Source: Camelus dromedarius (Eukaryota). Taken from it: a stretch of DNA of 64,000 nucleotides. The DNA lies in the NCBI RefSeq assembly GCF_036321535.1, contig NC_087437.1, positions 48,300,001-48,364,000 of the forward strand, read 5' to 3'. Below, in pieces: positions 37,348 through 50,332 of this stretch; position 1 is the stretch's first letter, and every line of letters starts with the position of its first letter. The notes under the pieces are model-generated. The model was not told the origin of the DNA. It searched no databases and saw nothing but the letters and a program-made list of their open reading frames with translations. The position numbers were made by a program, and so were the translations under genes.

Positions 37348-39325
37348 ATTATACAAAAGTGAATCATTTTCATATATACCTGCAGTAAACAAGTGGAATT
37401 TTAAATTAAAAACAAATATCGTTTACATTAGCACCCCCCCAAAAGAAATACTTAGGTATAAATCTAACAAAATATACACAAGATCTATATGAAGAAAACT
37501 ACAAAACTCTGATGAAAGAAATCAAAGAAGAACTAAGTAAGTAAGTTGAGATATTTTGCTATATACAGGAAGACTCAATATTGTCAGCATGTCAGTTCTT
37601 CCCATCTTGATCTATAGATTCAACATAATCCCCATCAAAATTTCAGTGAGTTAGTTTATGGATATTGACAAACTGATTCTAAAGTTTATATGGAAAGGCA
37701 AAAGACCCAGAACAGTCAACACAGTATTGAAGGAGGAGAACAAAGTACTGAAGTACTGACACTATCTGACTTTAAGAATTATAAAGCTACAGTCATCAAG
37801 ACAGCATGGTATTGGTGAAATAATAGACAAATAGGTCAATGGAACAGACTACAGAGCTTAGAAATAGACTACACAGATATAGCCAACTGATCTCTGATGA
37901 AGGATCAAAGGCAATACAATGGAACAAAGATAGTCTTTTCAACAAATGGTGCTGGATTCTCTGGACAATCACATGCAAAAAATTAAATCTAGACACAAAC
38001 CTTATGCATCTCAAAAATTAACTCAAAACAGATCATAGAAATAAACTTAAAACTCAAAACTATAAAACTCCCAAAGATAACATATAAGAAAATTGAGATG
38101 ACCCAGGGTTTGGTGATGCCTTTTTTAGATACACACCAAAGGCATAATTCATGAAAGAAAGACTTGATAAACTGGACTTCTTTAAAATTTAAAAAAAAAC
38201 TTCTGTTCTGCAAAAGACATTTTCAAGAGAATAAAAAGACAAGCCACAGACTCAGAGAAAATATTTGCAAAAGACACAACTGAAAAAGGACTATTATCTA
38301 AAATATCATAAAATTGACAAACAATAAAAAAACCCAACCTGATTAAAAGTGAGCCAAAGACTTTAACAGACACCTCATCAAGGAAGACATACAGATGGTA
38401 AGTAAGTATGAAAAGATACTCCACATGATATGTCATCAGGGAAATGCAAATTGAAAAAACAAGACACCCCTACACACCTATCAAGCAGCCAAAATCTGGA
38501 ACACTGATAAATACCAATTGCTGGCAGGGATGTGAATTAACAGGAACTGTCATTCACTGCTGGTGAGAATGCAAAATGATACAGTCACCTGGGAAGACAG
38601 TTTGGTAGCTTTTACAAAACTAAATATACCCTTACCAAATGATTCCACAATTTCGGTCCTTGGTATTTACCTAAAGGATGTGAAAACATGTCCACACAAA
38701 AACCTATATATGGATATTTACAGCAGCTTTCTTCATGACAGACAAAACTTGGAAGCAACTAAGAAGTCCTTCAGGTGGTGAATGGATAAATAAACTGTGG
38801 TGTGTAAGACAATGGAATATTATTCAGTGCTAAAAAGAAATGAGCTTTCAAGCCATGAAAAGATACTGATGAATGTTGAAGGCATATTATTAAGTGAAAG
38901 AAGCCAGTCTAAAAAGGCTACATATTGTACGATTCCAACAATGATATGACATTACAGACAAGAAAAAAGTAAGGAGACAGTAAAAAATCAGCGGTTGCCA
39001 GAGGTTGGGCCAGGAGGAGGGATGAATAGGCAGAATACAGAATATACTTACAGCAGTGAAATACTCTAAAACGGTGGATATATGTCATTATAAATTTGTC
39101 CCGTTCCAAGGAATGTACAACACCAAAGTGAACCCTAATGTAAACTACAAACTTTGGTGATTTTGATGTGTCAATGTAGGTTCATCAACTGTAGTAAATG
39201 TACCACTCTGGCGGGATCTGTGAATAATAAGGAGGCTGTGCATGTATGGCAAATCCCTGTATCTTCTGCTTAATTTTGCTGTGAAACTAAAACTGCTTCA
39301 AAAAATAAAGTGTATTAAGAAAATA
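37348..39325 (+). mobile_element. Old LINE-1 (L1MC-like), 3' part
   Basis: Resumes 'atacaaaagtgaatc'; ORF 37839-38021 ([14 protein letters not shown]); 3'UTR 'gtgaaccctaatgtaaactac...aaatgtaccactctgg'. Confidence 0.92.
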
Positions 39326-39924
39326 GTTAAAATATGCTACTGCCCACACTCAAACATTTGCATGCCTTTGTGGGGGCCCCTGTTCAAAATATATGCTAAT
39401 GTGAAAGAGTAAGTTTACAGCCAAAACACATTTTTAAAGTTGGTTTATCTCCAATTGTATGAGTGTTTTATTACTGTTATTATAAATGCCCTTTAATGCA
39501 GGCCTTCTCATTCATTAGCTTAGAGAGTTCTAAAGTGAAATGAAAAACAAGTTTCTTGACAAGCTTACAGACTTTAAAGCTGTTAGAGTGGGTGGAAGAA
39601 ATGAGTGCTGCAAAGCTTTACAGATATTGATAGGATCGCTTTATTCTGAAATGATGACATAAATAAGCCTCTTAAAAGGCTTTGCTAAGTCTATCATGAA
39701 AATTGTCATGTAAATTTTGGGAACTTGATAAATTTTGGAACTTGGGCATAAATAATACATTTCCCAGCAAAACTTGAGCCAATACTTTTATTGGCATGTT
39801 CACAAATTTCTAAAGCTTCATCATGGCAATTGCCAAAAAGGCAACCCTTAAGCTAACACTTTTCATATGCATATTATTTTCTGTTTTGAATTGAGAAAAT
39901 GACTTTTTCTCTTAAGGAAGTAGG

Positions 39925-40290
39925 AAGGAAGCTGATGTTTAATGTTTACTGTGTGCCAGATTCTTAACATGAACTATCTCACTTTATCCTGACAACAAAT
40001 CGATAAGGTCAATATTGTTATCTCTGTTTTAGAGACAAGGAAACTAAGATGCACTGAAAATAACAGTAGCTAAGACTTATATAACACTGTGTATCAGGCA
40101 ATGCTTCAAATAGTTTTTGCATATATTGATGGATTTAGTTCCTCATAACAACTTTAAAAAGGTAGGAACTGTTATTATCAGCTTTTTGTGGATGAGAAAA
40201 CTGAAGCACAGAGAGATCATTGCCTTGTTCAAAGGAAGTGACAGAAGCCAGGATGGAAATGCAGGTAGTCTACCACTGAACTATGGCCTA
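39925..40290 (-). mobile_element. Two adjacent MIR fragments
   Basis: 'tactgtgtgccag...aaggaaactaag' and 'cctcataacaac...gatgagaaaactgaagcacagagag'. Confidence 0.8.
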
Positions 40291-41149
40291 AAGAACAGTA
40301 AAGGCCTTACAGTAAGGCAATGGGAGAGTCGTTTCTTCTTGTCTAACTCTTGAACTCTTTCTCATTCTTCAGAGTTCAAGTTTCCACTAAAATGACAGTC
40401 ATTATTATGCCCTGGCTCTCAGGGTACTGTTAGGATAAACTGTTTCCCTGAGCTGTCATGGCCATATTATTTGTAGTCCTACTTAACAGGCATTTAGTTC
40501 TCATCTTGCTGTTTACATGTAAGCTCTTTGAAGACAGAAACTAATGTCTTATTATTTCTAAGTAACCAACCTTTGTACAGTAGTGGGTGCCCTGTATATT
40601 TTGAAATGAAAAAGAGGATTATCGATTTTCATTTTTAAAGCAACAATGTTTTCGTTCTTGTTCTATGCTAAAGGGGCAAATATAACATGAATGGAAAGGT
40701 CTGTAGCTGATGATATTAGTATAGAGGACTGAGCAGTTTAAGTCTGAATTGTTAACATTCAGAAGGGTAGAATGTCAACTAAATAAATTTAAGCTAACAG
40801 AAATAATGCAATATAAACTGACAGAAATTTTAGAATACAATATAATAAAATTATATAATTATATATAATAATACAGTATAATAAAATTATTATCTTCTTT
40901 ATGTGAATGTAACTTCTCTTCAACCCCACTGGCCAATGGGTGACAAAAGATATGTTCTTTGACACATGAGCCCCTTGTGGAGCCCTGAGCCACTACTCAC
41001 TGGTCATTGAGAGTACGTGGCCTGATACACCCATAAGTAACCACATCAGGTTCTTTAAAGCTGAGATGCAAAGTCCAGTTCCCAGAGACAGAGACATCCA
41101 CCTTCTGCTCCATGTGATGGGGCTCTGGTGGCTTGGCCCAGGCATGTGT

Positions 41150-41375
41150 GTTGCAGTGAAAGCAACACTGAATGTGGAGTCACATGATCTGGGTTTATAT
41201 CCCAGGCCTGATACTTCCTAGTTGTGCATGTGGGCAAGCTACTGAGCTTCAGTTTTTTTCATCTGCATAATGGGTGTAAAAATACCACCACATTGAATTG
41301 ATTGAAGGGTTGATTGAGATTCTGTTTGTGAAAGTCCCTGGCCCATGATTCTCTCAGTATTTGAGCAATATGAGT
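41150..41375 (+). mobile_element. MIR SINE
   Basis: 'gggcaagctactgagcttcagtttttttcatctgcataatggg'. Confidence 0.75.
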
Positions 41376-41749
41376 TCCATTCATTCCTGCAAGGATAATT
41401 CCAGTGGGTTTTGGACTCCTCCACTGTGCAGTTGTCACTCTGGCTGCTGGTTTCTGGGCTCTCATCACTCACTTTCTGAGGTCCACTCAGTGCTGACTTC
41501 AACCCCAGAAGCCACTACAGGGGGCTTGAGGCTTTCCTGCCCTCTAACTAGAGTTCTCCTCTGCTCTGCTGCTGCCATTGGTTCCCTCCAAGCCTCCAAC
41601 ATGCACTTCACTGCAGATTTTATTTTTTCTAGAGGCTTTCTTGAAGCCCTCTCTAGCATTCGTCACTATCTTTAGAGAACTTCCAGCCTTGCCTGCCTTT
41701 GGCCAGCTAACTAACACCTTACTTCCCAGAGTCCGTGTTCAGCCTCCAT

Positions 41750-41900
41750 GTAGTCCACAAACATTTACTGAAGGCCTACTAAGTACCAGGTCAGACACTG
41801 GAGTTACTGGGTTGTTGTCCTCAAGGAGCTCAGAATTTAAAAGGGAAAAGAGACAGACAAACAATAACAACACAGTGTGAGATGTGTTAAGAGGGAGAGG
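41750..41900 (-). mobile_element. L2 3' fragment
   Basis: 'caaacatttactgaaggcctactaagtaccagg...tcctcaaggagctcag'. Confidence 0.7.
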
Positions 41901-43479
41901 AGCAGAGAGCAGAGACCAGGGCTCATCTGTAGACCTGCCCCTCTAGTATTCCAGTTTTGCCACCCCAGAGACAGGCCTGTGTCTAAGGCTTTGGATGCAC
42001 GAGAAAGTGACCACGGGTCCCAAAGGCTGACAATGAAAAGGTCCCACAGGGCTGTCATTATAACTTTCTGTGCTGTGTCCTGGGAGTGGGAGTGGATAGG
42101 GCATGGTCATGTTCTCTGATGCTAGCAAGCCGCTTTGTTTCCTAAGCCCCATATTGGAAGCAATCATTTGTGTGAGTTCTACCCCTGGTGGCCTCTCTCC
42201 CTTTAATGTGGACAGACTTCCCATCCCCCTTAGGCCCTACCACGGCACAGGCTCATTTATTCACCCAGAAAACATTGATTCTGGGCCATAAAAGCTATGC
42301 AGAGTGCCTCATGGTTAAAAAAGACTCCTCTGATGACAAAACCTGAGCTTTGGTTGTTCTTTCCACCAGTGAAGGTGGACTTGGGCTAATACTCTCAACT
42401 CTTTCACTTGCTTGCCCTGTAATCAATGGCAGACACTCACAGACATCACTCACAAAACACCAGGGTGTGAGCTTCTCACAAGTCGTGTGAAGATAACTGG
42501 CCCACAAGGGGACTGAGCTCAGAACATCAACTTCACTAGAGGTACATTCTGAGACCCTGGCCTAAAACAAAGTCATTGGCTCAGAGGAGAGCACCAATAT
42601 ACGAGCTCAGGGCCACAGCTGCTTTCATAAGAAGGAGTTGGTGAGCCAGTTCTAAGAAGTACACTATAAAGAAGAGTGTGTGTATGTTCTTACCATAGTT
42701 TCTATAAACTAACAGATGAACAGAATGGAGTAACTGCCAAAACAGGTAAAACAAAGTATATGAACAAAAGAAGCCACGATCAAGAGAAAGAAATTTTTGT
42801 TTAAAAATATTTGAAAACTTGGCCCTCAAATCATGGGTTCTTGAAGGTAGTGAAAGTTCATTCATTTCTGTATTCTCAGAACCTAGAAGACAGTATTTTG
42901 AACATTGCTTAATAAATATTATACAAAGGAATTCACAATTACTTGCTAAAAATCTGGAAAAATGAAACTATGAAAAACTAGGTAGTTGCAATAACATGTA
43001 CTTAATATGGTAAATCAAATACAGAAAAAACGTAAGTCCATCTTATAAAATATAAATGCATTAGAGAACACAAAAATTTACAATAAAGGGTGGGGAAGAA
43101 GAGCTTAAAATTTGGTGAAAATATTTGTTCCCATCTTCCCGTTGTGAATTTTTCTCTCCCAAAGAGACTTCTGTGTTTTTAATTTTCCCATGCAGTCAGT
43201 AGAAAATACACGTTAACTGGGCTTTCAGAGTTAACAGCATCCTTAAAATTCATTTTCATTGTTGCTCTCTAAACCATCCATTTCTGGACTCTTAAAATAC
43301 CTCCAGCTACTAAACAGGATCATTTACACATATTTCACTTCAGTTCATTGAAATGAATTTCTTTCTTGCCCAAGAATAAAACAGCCATTTAAAAACAACA
43401 TATTGTTTCCTTACAAAATAAAGTACCAAGAAGATTTAAAAATTAAAAAAAGAGAGAGAGACAAATAAGAAAGTCCTTT

Positions 43480-43850
43480 GTAAGAGGCTAACTGCTGCTT
43501 CAACAGGGCATTTGCCCCTCTGCTCCTACATTCTACAGTGACTCCGGGGCCCCCCGAGTCTGGGCATAAATAGCCCCAAGTGGCCCCTGATGCAGCACTG
43601 CTGTCTCCATCCAGCCATCCCTCTGCCTGGCACCGCAGCAGCTGGAGGGTGATGGATATGCCCTCTGGCTGCCTTCTAACCCTCCCAACCACAGCCTATG
43701 TGCTCATTAAGTTTAATGCCTCCACCCCATTCACTCGCTAGAACCAGCTGGAAGGAAGCTGCTACCAATCAATGAGTAGATCCATTACCCCCTTTAGCGC
43801 TCCAGCCCACAGGGAGAAAGCCTCAATTTAGCAATGATAGGGTAGACTTT
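43480..43850. promoter_or_regulatory. Candidate enhancer (non-repetitive, GC-richer, motif-dense)
   Basis: CAGCTG E-boxes at 43639 and 43745; ATAAATAG element at 43566; CATTAA-gt-TTAATG palindrome 43705-43718. Motif evidence only. Confidence 0.3.
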
Positions 43851-44292
43851 GGGTAATACCATGGGAAGGATGTGCCTTCCTAGGCTGACATACTCCCCAG
43901 AGAGCTGCTAGGGATGAAAGGAGAAAGGAGAAAGGAATTCCTGAAATGTTTATTTCAGAGTCCAAAATTAAACTTATTACTTAGTCACTTTGCTGTTGTT
44001 ATTTTCTTTAATCTAGAATATTATCCCAATGAGGGTTGAAACGAAACACAATTTATCATAAGGATGGAATTAAAATAATATAATACCTAACCTGATTTCA
44101 TATCAATCTTAATAGTTATTTTTAAAATGTTGGTACTGGTTTTCTCAAAAAAGAAACATTTTGAAAATTTTGAAATAATTTCTGTGCACATATACCTTTG
44201 ATTTACTTGTTCTCATTCATCTACTGTCGTGTATTGAAAACTTATGGTGGCCCCATAACACTATGTCAAGAAGAGCAGTGTGATATGGAGAC

Positions 44293-44453
44293 CCTTGCTA
44301 TTCAAAGTGCGGCCCAGACCAAAATACAGACATCAGCAGGGAGCTCGTTAGAAATGCAGAGTCTTAGCCACATCAGACACGCTGAACCTGAACTTGCATT
44401 TAACAAATTTCCCAGGTGATTTATATGCACATCAACATTCATGAAATGCCAGT
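44293..44453. mobile_element. MER5A-type hAT MITE
   Basis: 'ttcaaagtgcggcccagacc...gggagctcgttagaaatgcaga...gcatttaacaaatttcccaggtgatt'. Confidence 0.85.
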
Positions 44454-45342
44454 GTAGGGCAGTCTCCAAATCTTTTTTTTAAAAATAATGCATCCCTACC
44501 CATTGAAAAAAGTAACACTCTCCAATATGTGTATATACTTATAAATTATGTATGTATCACTGTAACATGATGCATTATATATTTTGCATAAAATAAAAAT
44601 TAAAATAACAAGTTAAAATATAGGCATTCCAGTTAATTTGTTGCTATAGCCTCAATGGATCATTCTGAGCACATACCCACTGTGCAGATAGATCCCTGGT
44701 CATGAGGAAGGTGCACTGGGCTTAAGAGATGAAAACTTGGGGTTGACTCCTGGCTTTACCAATGCTTAGTTTTAGTTCTCAGGATGGCTTGGGATAATAC
44801 AGCACAACTCCGGCTGTACAGTAGTCTGGGTTGCAGACAGTAGAGATGATATAGAAAGAGAGCTAGCTGGAAGAGGAGTCATGGCTAGGGAGAGGCTGAT
44901 AATTCTGTCAAGTCCCAATAAAAGAAAGGCAACCCCAGTTCAGCAATAGGTAGGTTCACAATCTAAAGAAAGTCTACTTCTTCAGAAGATGTTAGTGGCC
45001 AGTTCTCCAAGGCAGGTATTAACTGAGTGATTAAATAGGAAATAGAAACTTGTGAGAAGTGTAAGTAGATGCTTCAAGGGAAGAATGGAAGAAGCGAAGT
45101 TTGGAGTTGGGCAGAACTGGTTTCAAGTGCTGGCTCTACCCTTTATAATCTTGGCACATTACTTACATTCTCAGAGTCTCCATCTCTTGTCAAGGCTAAA
45201 AAGAGGCTACCTTGGTCTGTGTAGAAGTTTTAACAATTAAAGCCACCCCAAAGGAACCCATCTTGGCTTGAGGTCATCCATGAGGAAAGAAACAGAAGAG
45301 GCAAACAATTCCAAATGAGAACAACCTGCTTTTTCCCAAACA

Positions 45343-45800
45343 TGATGGTTAATTTTATGTGTCAACTTGACTGTGCCACAGGGTGACCAGATATTTGGTC
45401 ATACATTATTCTGCGTGTTTCTGTGAGGGTGCTTTTGGATGAGATTAACATTTAAATACACCAAGTAAAACAGATTGCCCTACCCAGTGTGTGCAGGTTT
45501 TATGCAAACAATTGACGGTCTGAAAAGAATAAAAAAGCTGACACTTCCTAAAATAAGAGAGATGTCCTCCTGTCTGACTGCCTTTGAACTGGATTGGTCA
45601 CTTTTTTTCTGACTTTGGACTCAAAACTGAAACAGTGGCCCTTCCTGAGTCTCAAGACTGCTGGCGTAGCTGGAACTACACCATTGGCTCTCCTGGCCCT
45701 GCAGCTCCTGGCTCACCTACAGATCTCAGAACCTGTCAGCTTCCATAATCACATGAGCCAATTTCTTATAATAAATTCATCTATCTAGCTATCTATCTAA
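45343..45800 (+). mobile_element. ERVL LTR MLT2-type
   Basis: 'tgatggttaattttatgtgtcaacttgactgtgccacagggtg...cagcttccataatcacatgagccaattt'. Confidence 0.9.
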
Positions 45801-46589
45801 AAATAATTTATGCATAATATTTATAATTAAATAAGGAGGTATTCAACTCAGTGCACAGGACCAATTCCCAAACCCCTCTGTGGTTGGGATTGAGCTTCTG
45901 CATTACAAGGTGCTGGAAGCCCATTCTCATGACATCTTGAACCCCCAGTTTTCAGGTGGTGATCATGAATCCAGTTGCTGTGTAGCTGCTTCATGATCAA
46001 GAATCCACTTTATGCTCCTGTCCCTAAATCTTCTTACAGTGTAGTGGAGTAGCTAAGAGTGCCCACTTTGGAACCATGCAGAAGTGGGCCTGAGCACCTA
46101 TAAATGTTTAGCACATGACAACTAAGAATTAGTTGTACTTTTTTCAGGGTCATAAATGATTCTAGTACGTCCCAGCTGGTAGGCAGACCAGAGGGCTAGT
46201 TCCTCCTGGTGTCACATTCCTGAGGAGGCAGAGCTGTTCCAAGTGGCTAAGACATTAGGACAGGAGGAAGCTAGAGGGAGATCACTTGGTGGGAGGGAGG
46301 AGGTGTATGGCTGAGCTTAGATTTGAGAAACTGCACACGCATTAGGCCATCAAAGTGCTCAAGGCACCCAACAGCTCCCCATGTTCTTTAGTCTCCTAGA
46401 AATGGAGTATCAGAAGACCACTTCCAAATCCCTCAGTTAACAGAGCAAAAGTAAATGCCCTCCTGTTCGGTGGTTTTTCATGATCTTGGACAGAGGATTG
46501 GGCAGCCTTTAGTCTACTGGGCGCTCATTACGTTCATCTGGGTAGAGGCTGACAACGAGGGTATGGCACTTTAATTCTCAGAGAAATGG

Positions 46590-47060
46590 CACTGGTGGAT
46601 TTCACTAGATTCTAGTTTCAATTAGACACACATTTGAGTTGTGGCCCTACCATGTACTGGCTGTATAATCTGGGGCAAAGTAATTAACCTGAGTCTCAGC
46701 TTTTGTTCTTCACAGTGGAGATCATTATACTAATAGTTAACCTTCATGGATGTTTTCCTATGTGCTAGACAGTGTTATTTGCTTTATGTTGATTATCTAC
46801 TTTTATTCTTCTGGCAAGTTTGAGTTCTGTACTATTATCACCCTCCCATTTTTACAGATTTGGAAACTGAATTTAAAGAAATTTAGAAATTTACTCAAGG
46901 TTATACCTACAAGGTGATGGCGTTGAGATCCTGCCTCAGGCAGTAGGAGCGTTACTGCTGCCAAGATGGAAGCCTCAATGTCCTCTTGAGTAGTTCTCAG
47001 GAGGAGGATGGAGTGTGGAAAAGTACTTTGTAAACATTAAAGTGCTAAGACAATTGTAAA
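46590..47060. mobile_element. MIR (+) interrupted by an antisense MIR (~46730-46950)
   Basis: Sense 'ggggcaaagtaattaacctgagtctcag', antisense 'cccatttttacagatttggaaactga', then sense tail 'aaagtactttgtaaac'. Confidence 0.65.
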
Positions 47061-48240
47061 GCATCCTTTAATGCAGGCTGAGACACCCCATTGCATTCTG
47101 CATTTGTCCCTTGATCCTTAGTGGTGAGGGGACAGTCGAGGAGAGGTCAGTATCCAGGAGCCAGCCAGAGAAAATGTGAAAGCTGATCGAGACCTTGAAG
47201 GAGAAGTGGGATTGGTCTCGTCAGAGCCACATTTATGTAATTTACCTGTGCATAAGCTTCACGGTATTACACAAATTACTGAACACTTTCATTCATTAGC
47301 AAAGAAGCTCTATGTTTCTTTACAACACAAAAGACAAATTGCCAGTGAGGTTCTATTAGCACAAAGGTACTCTTTTTACTATTAATGACCAGGTTGAGCA
47401 ATTCTCAGAAATGGAATTGTTGATGTTCTCTGATGTGACAGGAAGTCTCCATGTGGAAAAAGTAAATGCCAATGAGCCTGATCTATGTCTTGTGAAGAAA
47501 GCATGATCATTCAGTTTTAGAATAGTTCAAGTTTCATTTCAAAACACAGGGAAGGAAGAAAATATGTCTTTATTCTACCAAACTGAAAAAGAAAAAATAC
47601 TTGTAAGAGAGGGTTTACACCATTAATCAATCATTCATTCATTCAAAAAGCATTTACTAAGTACCTTAAATGCGCCAAGCCCTGTGGCAGCCTAGTGCTG
47701 AGTTCCTGTGATTCTGGAACTCTGCAGAAATTCCAATGAAATTTTGTGGGAAACAAAAATATCAAGAGGGTTAGCTTTAATCTGTCACAAAACAAGCTTC
47801 ATTAGCTATTTCCACATAATGATCTGAAAATTACGTATCAAATGCAATACATCAGTTTGTTGGGAGAAATGCTTCCACTGTAATAACTCTAGGAGGACAT
47901 GCCCCTCTTAGGGCTCACAAGAAACTTGTGCCTGTCACAGCAGATTTGCTGCTCTTCTCTCCTATGAAGCACCACACTGACACAGAAGTCTAAAATTTAA
48001 GTAACTGCTTCAAAGCAGCAAACTCCCAACTTAAACCTCTAGGATAGAAGGCCCATCCCTATGGGAGACTTTATTTCCAACCTGATTTCCATTTATATGG
48101 CGCAATTCAGACTTTCCCCCTTAAGCTAATATCTTAAATGACTTGGCAAATCTAGGCTAAAGTATTAACAGGACCACTTTTCTAAAGTCACTTCTACCAG
48201 TAGAAGCCATATCATGTTCTCCAGACATTTGCTGGTAAGA

Positions 48241-48272
48241 TGGTTGTGGTTGTTGTTGTTGTTGTTGTTGTT
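48241..48272 (+). repeat. (GTT)n microsatellite
   Basis: Direct GTT run. Confidence 0.9.
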
Positions 48273-48639
48273 ATTATTTTTAAAAATTATTTTAACACTC
48301 ATGTACGAAGGCAGTCATCCCTGAAGGAACATTCTGAGCTGAATTCAGGCTGCATGTCATGTCTTACATCTGAAAGCATATGCTTCAGAATGTACTAAAC
48401 ATGAGACTAAGTAAATTGAGTAGCAGAACAGTATGTACAGTATATAAACTGTGATGGCATTTTGGTAAGGAAAAAAAATGAAATCATAAAATCCCCAAAA
48501 GAAATCCTATGTATTTTTCTGTGGGTGCACATCAATCCATGGGACAAGTATGGAAAGTTATGCACCAAACTGATGATAGTATTCCTTTGAGATGAGAGTA
48601 GGAAAAGTCAAAGAGGGGAATCCAAATAGTGATGATAGT

Positions 48640-49140
48640 CTATCAGGGTTAGTTTCAGCATTATGTGACCAAAAAGTCAACTTAATAGTGTCTTGTTCTC
48701 TCATATAAGGGAAGTCCAGAGATAGACAGTACAAGTGAGAAGAGTCCATGAAGATAAGGGGATGGGTTCCTTCCAGAGTTCTCTGCTATCCTTAGTGTGT
48801 GGCCTTCATTCTCACAGCCCAATACAACTGCTAGAGGGCCAGTCATCACTTCTGAGGTCTAGGGAGTAGGATGGAGGAATAGAAAGAAAAAAAAAAAAAG
48901 GAACATAATACACTTGCCAACCATCTTTTAAGGCAATTTCTCAGATGCCGTCATATAACATTTTCATCTATATCCTGTTAACCTGAATTTAGTCAGGTGG
49001 TGGATTCTACTTGCAAGGAAGGCTGAAAAATGTTGTTGTCATTTTACCTGGCCATGTCTCCAGTTCAAGTGAGGGATTTTATTACTAAGTCAAAAAGGGA
49101 GGATGGATGTTGGGGTAGGCACTTGAGGTCTTTTGCCTCA
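48640..49140 (-). mobile_element. Old MaLR LTR (MLT1I/J-like), flanked by probable L1ME remnants
   Basis: 'cttagtgtgtggccttcattctc', 'ttgcaaggaaggctgaaaaatgt', 'ggatgttggggtaggca'. Confidence 0.65.
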
Positions 49141-49509
49141 GTCACCAAACGTCTTTGACCTAACCTGTAATGTTTTAATGTTTTTCAGAGGGATGAGTTT
49201 ATATATTATTTGTGTAACTAAAAACCATTTTTGAAGTAAAAAGGGTGGGTAAGAGTAAGTACTTCATTTTTTGAGACACTACTCGTCTGAAAATGTTTAC
49301 GACACTTTCAAATTGTATCTAATTGACTCAGACTAAAAATTTTGCATAGGAGGAAAATCCAGTTTCCTCCTTAAGCCCACAGTGATTATGTGGGGCTAGA
49401 GGAGCCTAGACTTAAATGGGAATAGCTCTGGGACTCAGGGTTATAAATTCCTGACCTGCACCCCACTTTGATAACCTGACCAAGCAAGTTCTATTCTTCC
49501 CTGCCTTGT

Positions 49510-50330
49510 GTTTTTAAAAAAATTTTTAGTCCAATACACATAAAATTTACCATCTTACCTGTTTATAAACTACACAGTTCAGCAGTATTCAGTATGTTCA
49601 CATTGTAGAATAGCCCCAATTTCCAGAACTCCTTTTAACTTGCAAAACTAAACTCTATACAGTTGCTGACAACCACCATTCCACTTTCTGTCTCTATGAT
49701 TTTGAGAACTCCAGGGACCTCATATAAGTAGAATCACATGATATTTGTCTTTTTGTGATTGGCTTATTTCATTTGGCACATTGTCCTCAAGGCTCATCCC
49801 TGTTGTAGCGTGTGTCAGAATTTCCTTTCTTTTTAAGAATATTTCATTGTATGTATACACCATATTTTATTTATCCATTCATCCATCAATGGACACTTGA
49901 GTTGCTTCCACCTTTTAGATATGGCAAATAGTATTGCTATAAATGTGGATGTACAAATATCTCATTGAGACCCTACTTTCAATTCTTTGGGGTAAATACC
50001 AAGAAGTGGAATTAATGGATCATATGGTAATCCTATTTTTAATTATTTGAGGAATTGCCATACTGTTTTCCATAGGGAATGCACCATTTTATACTCTCAT
50101 CAACAGTGCCCCAGGGCTTAAATTTCTCTACATCTTTGTCAGCACTTGTTATTTTCTGTTTTTTAAAAAATAGTAACTATTTTAATAGATGTGAGTTGAT
50201 AACGCTTTATAGTTTTGATTTGTATTTCCCTAATGATTAGTGATGTCGGGTATCTTTTCATGTGCTTATTGGTCATTGTTGGTCATTTGTATATATTCTT
50301 TGGAGAAATGCCTATTCCTTTGTCCATTTT
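49510..50330 (-). mobile_element. LINE-1 3' end (L1MB-like)
   Basis: 'cataaaatttaccatctta', 'acctcatataagtagaatcac', 'ccattcatccatcaatggacacttgagttgcttcc'. Confidence 0.9.
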
Positions 50331-50332
50331 TA

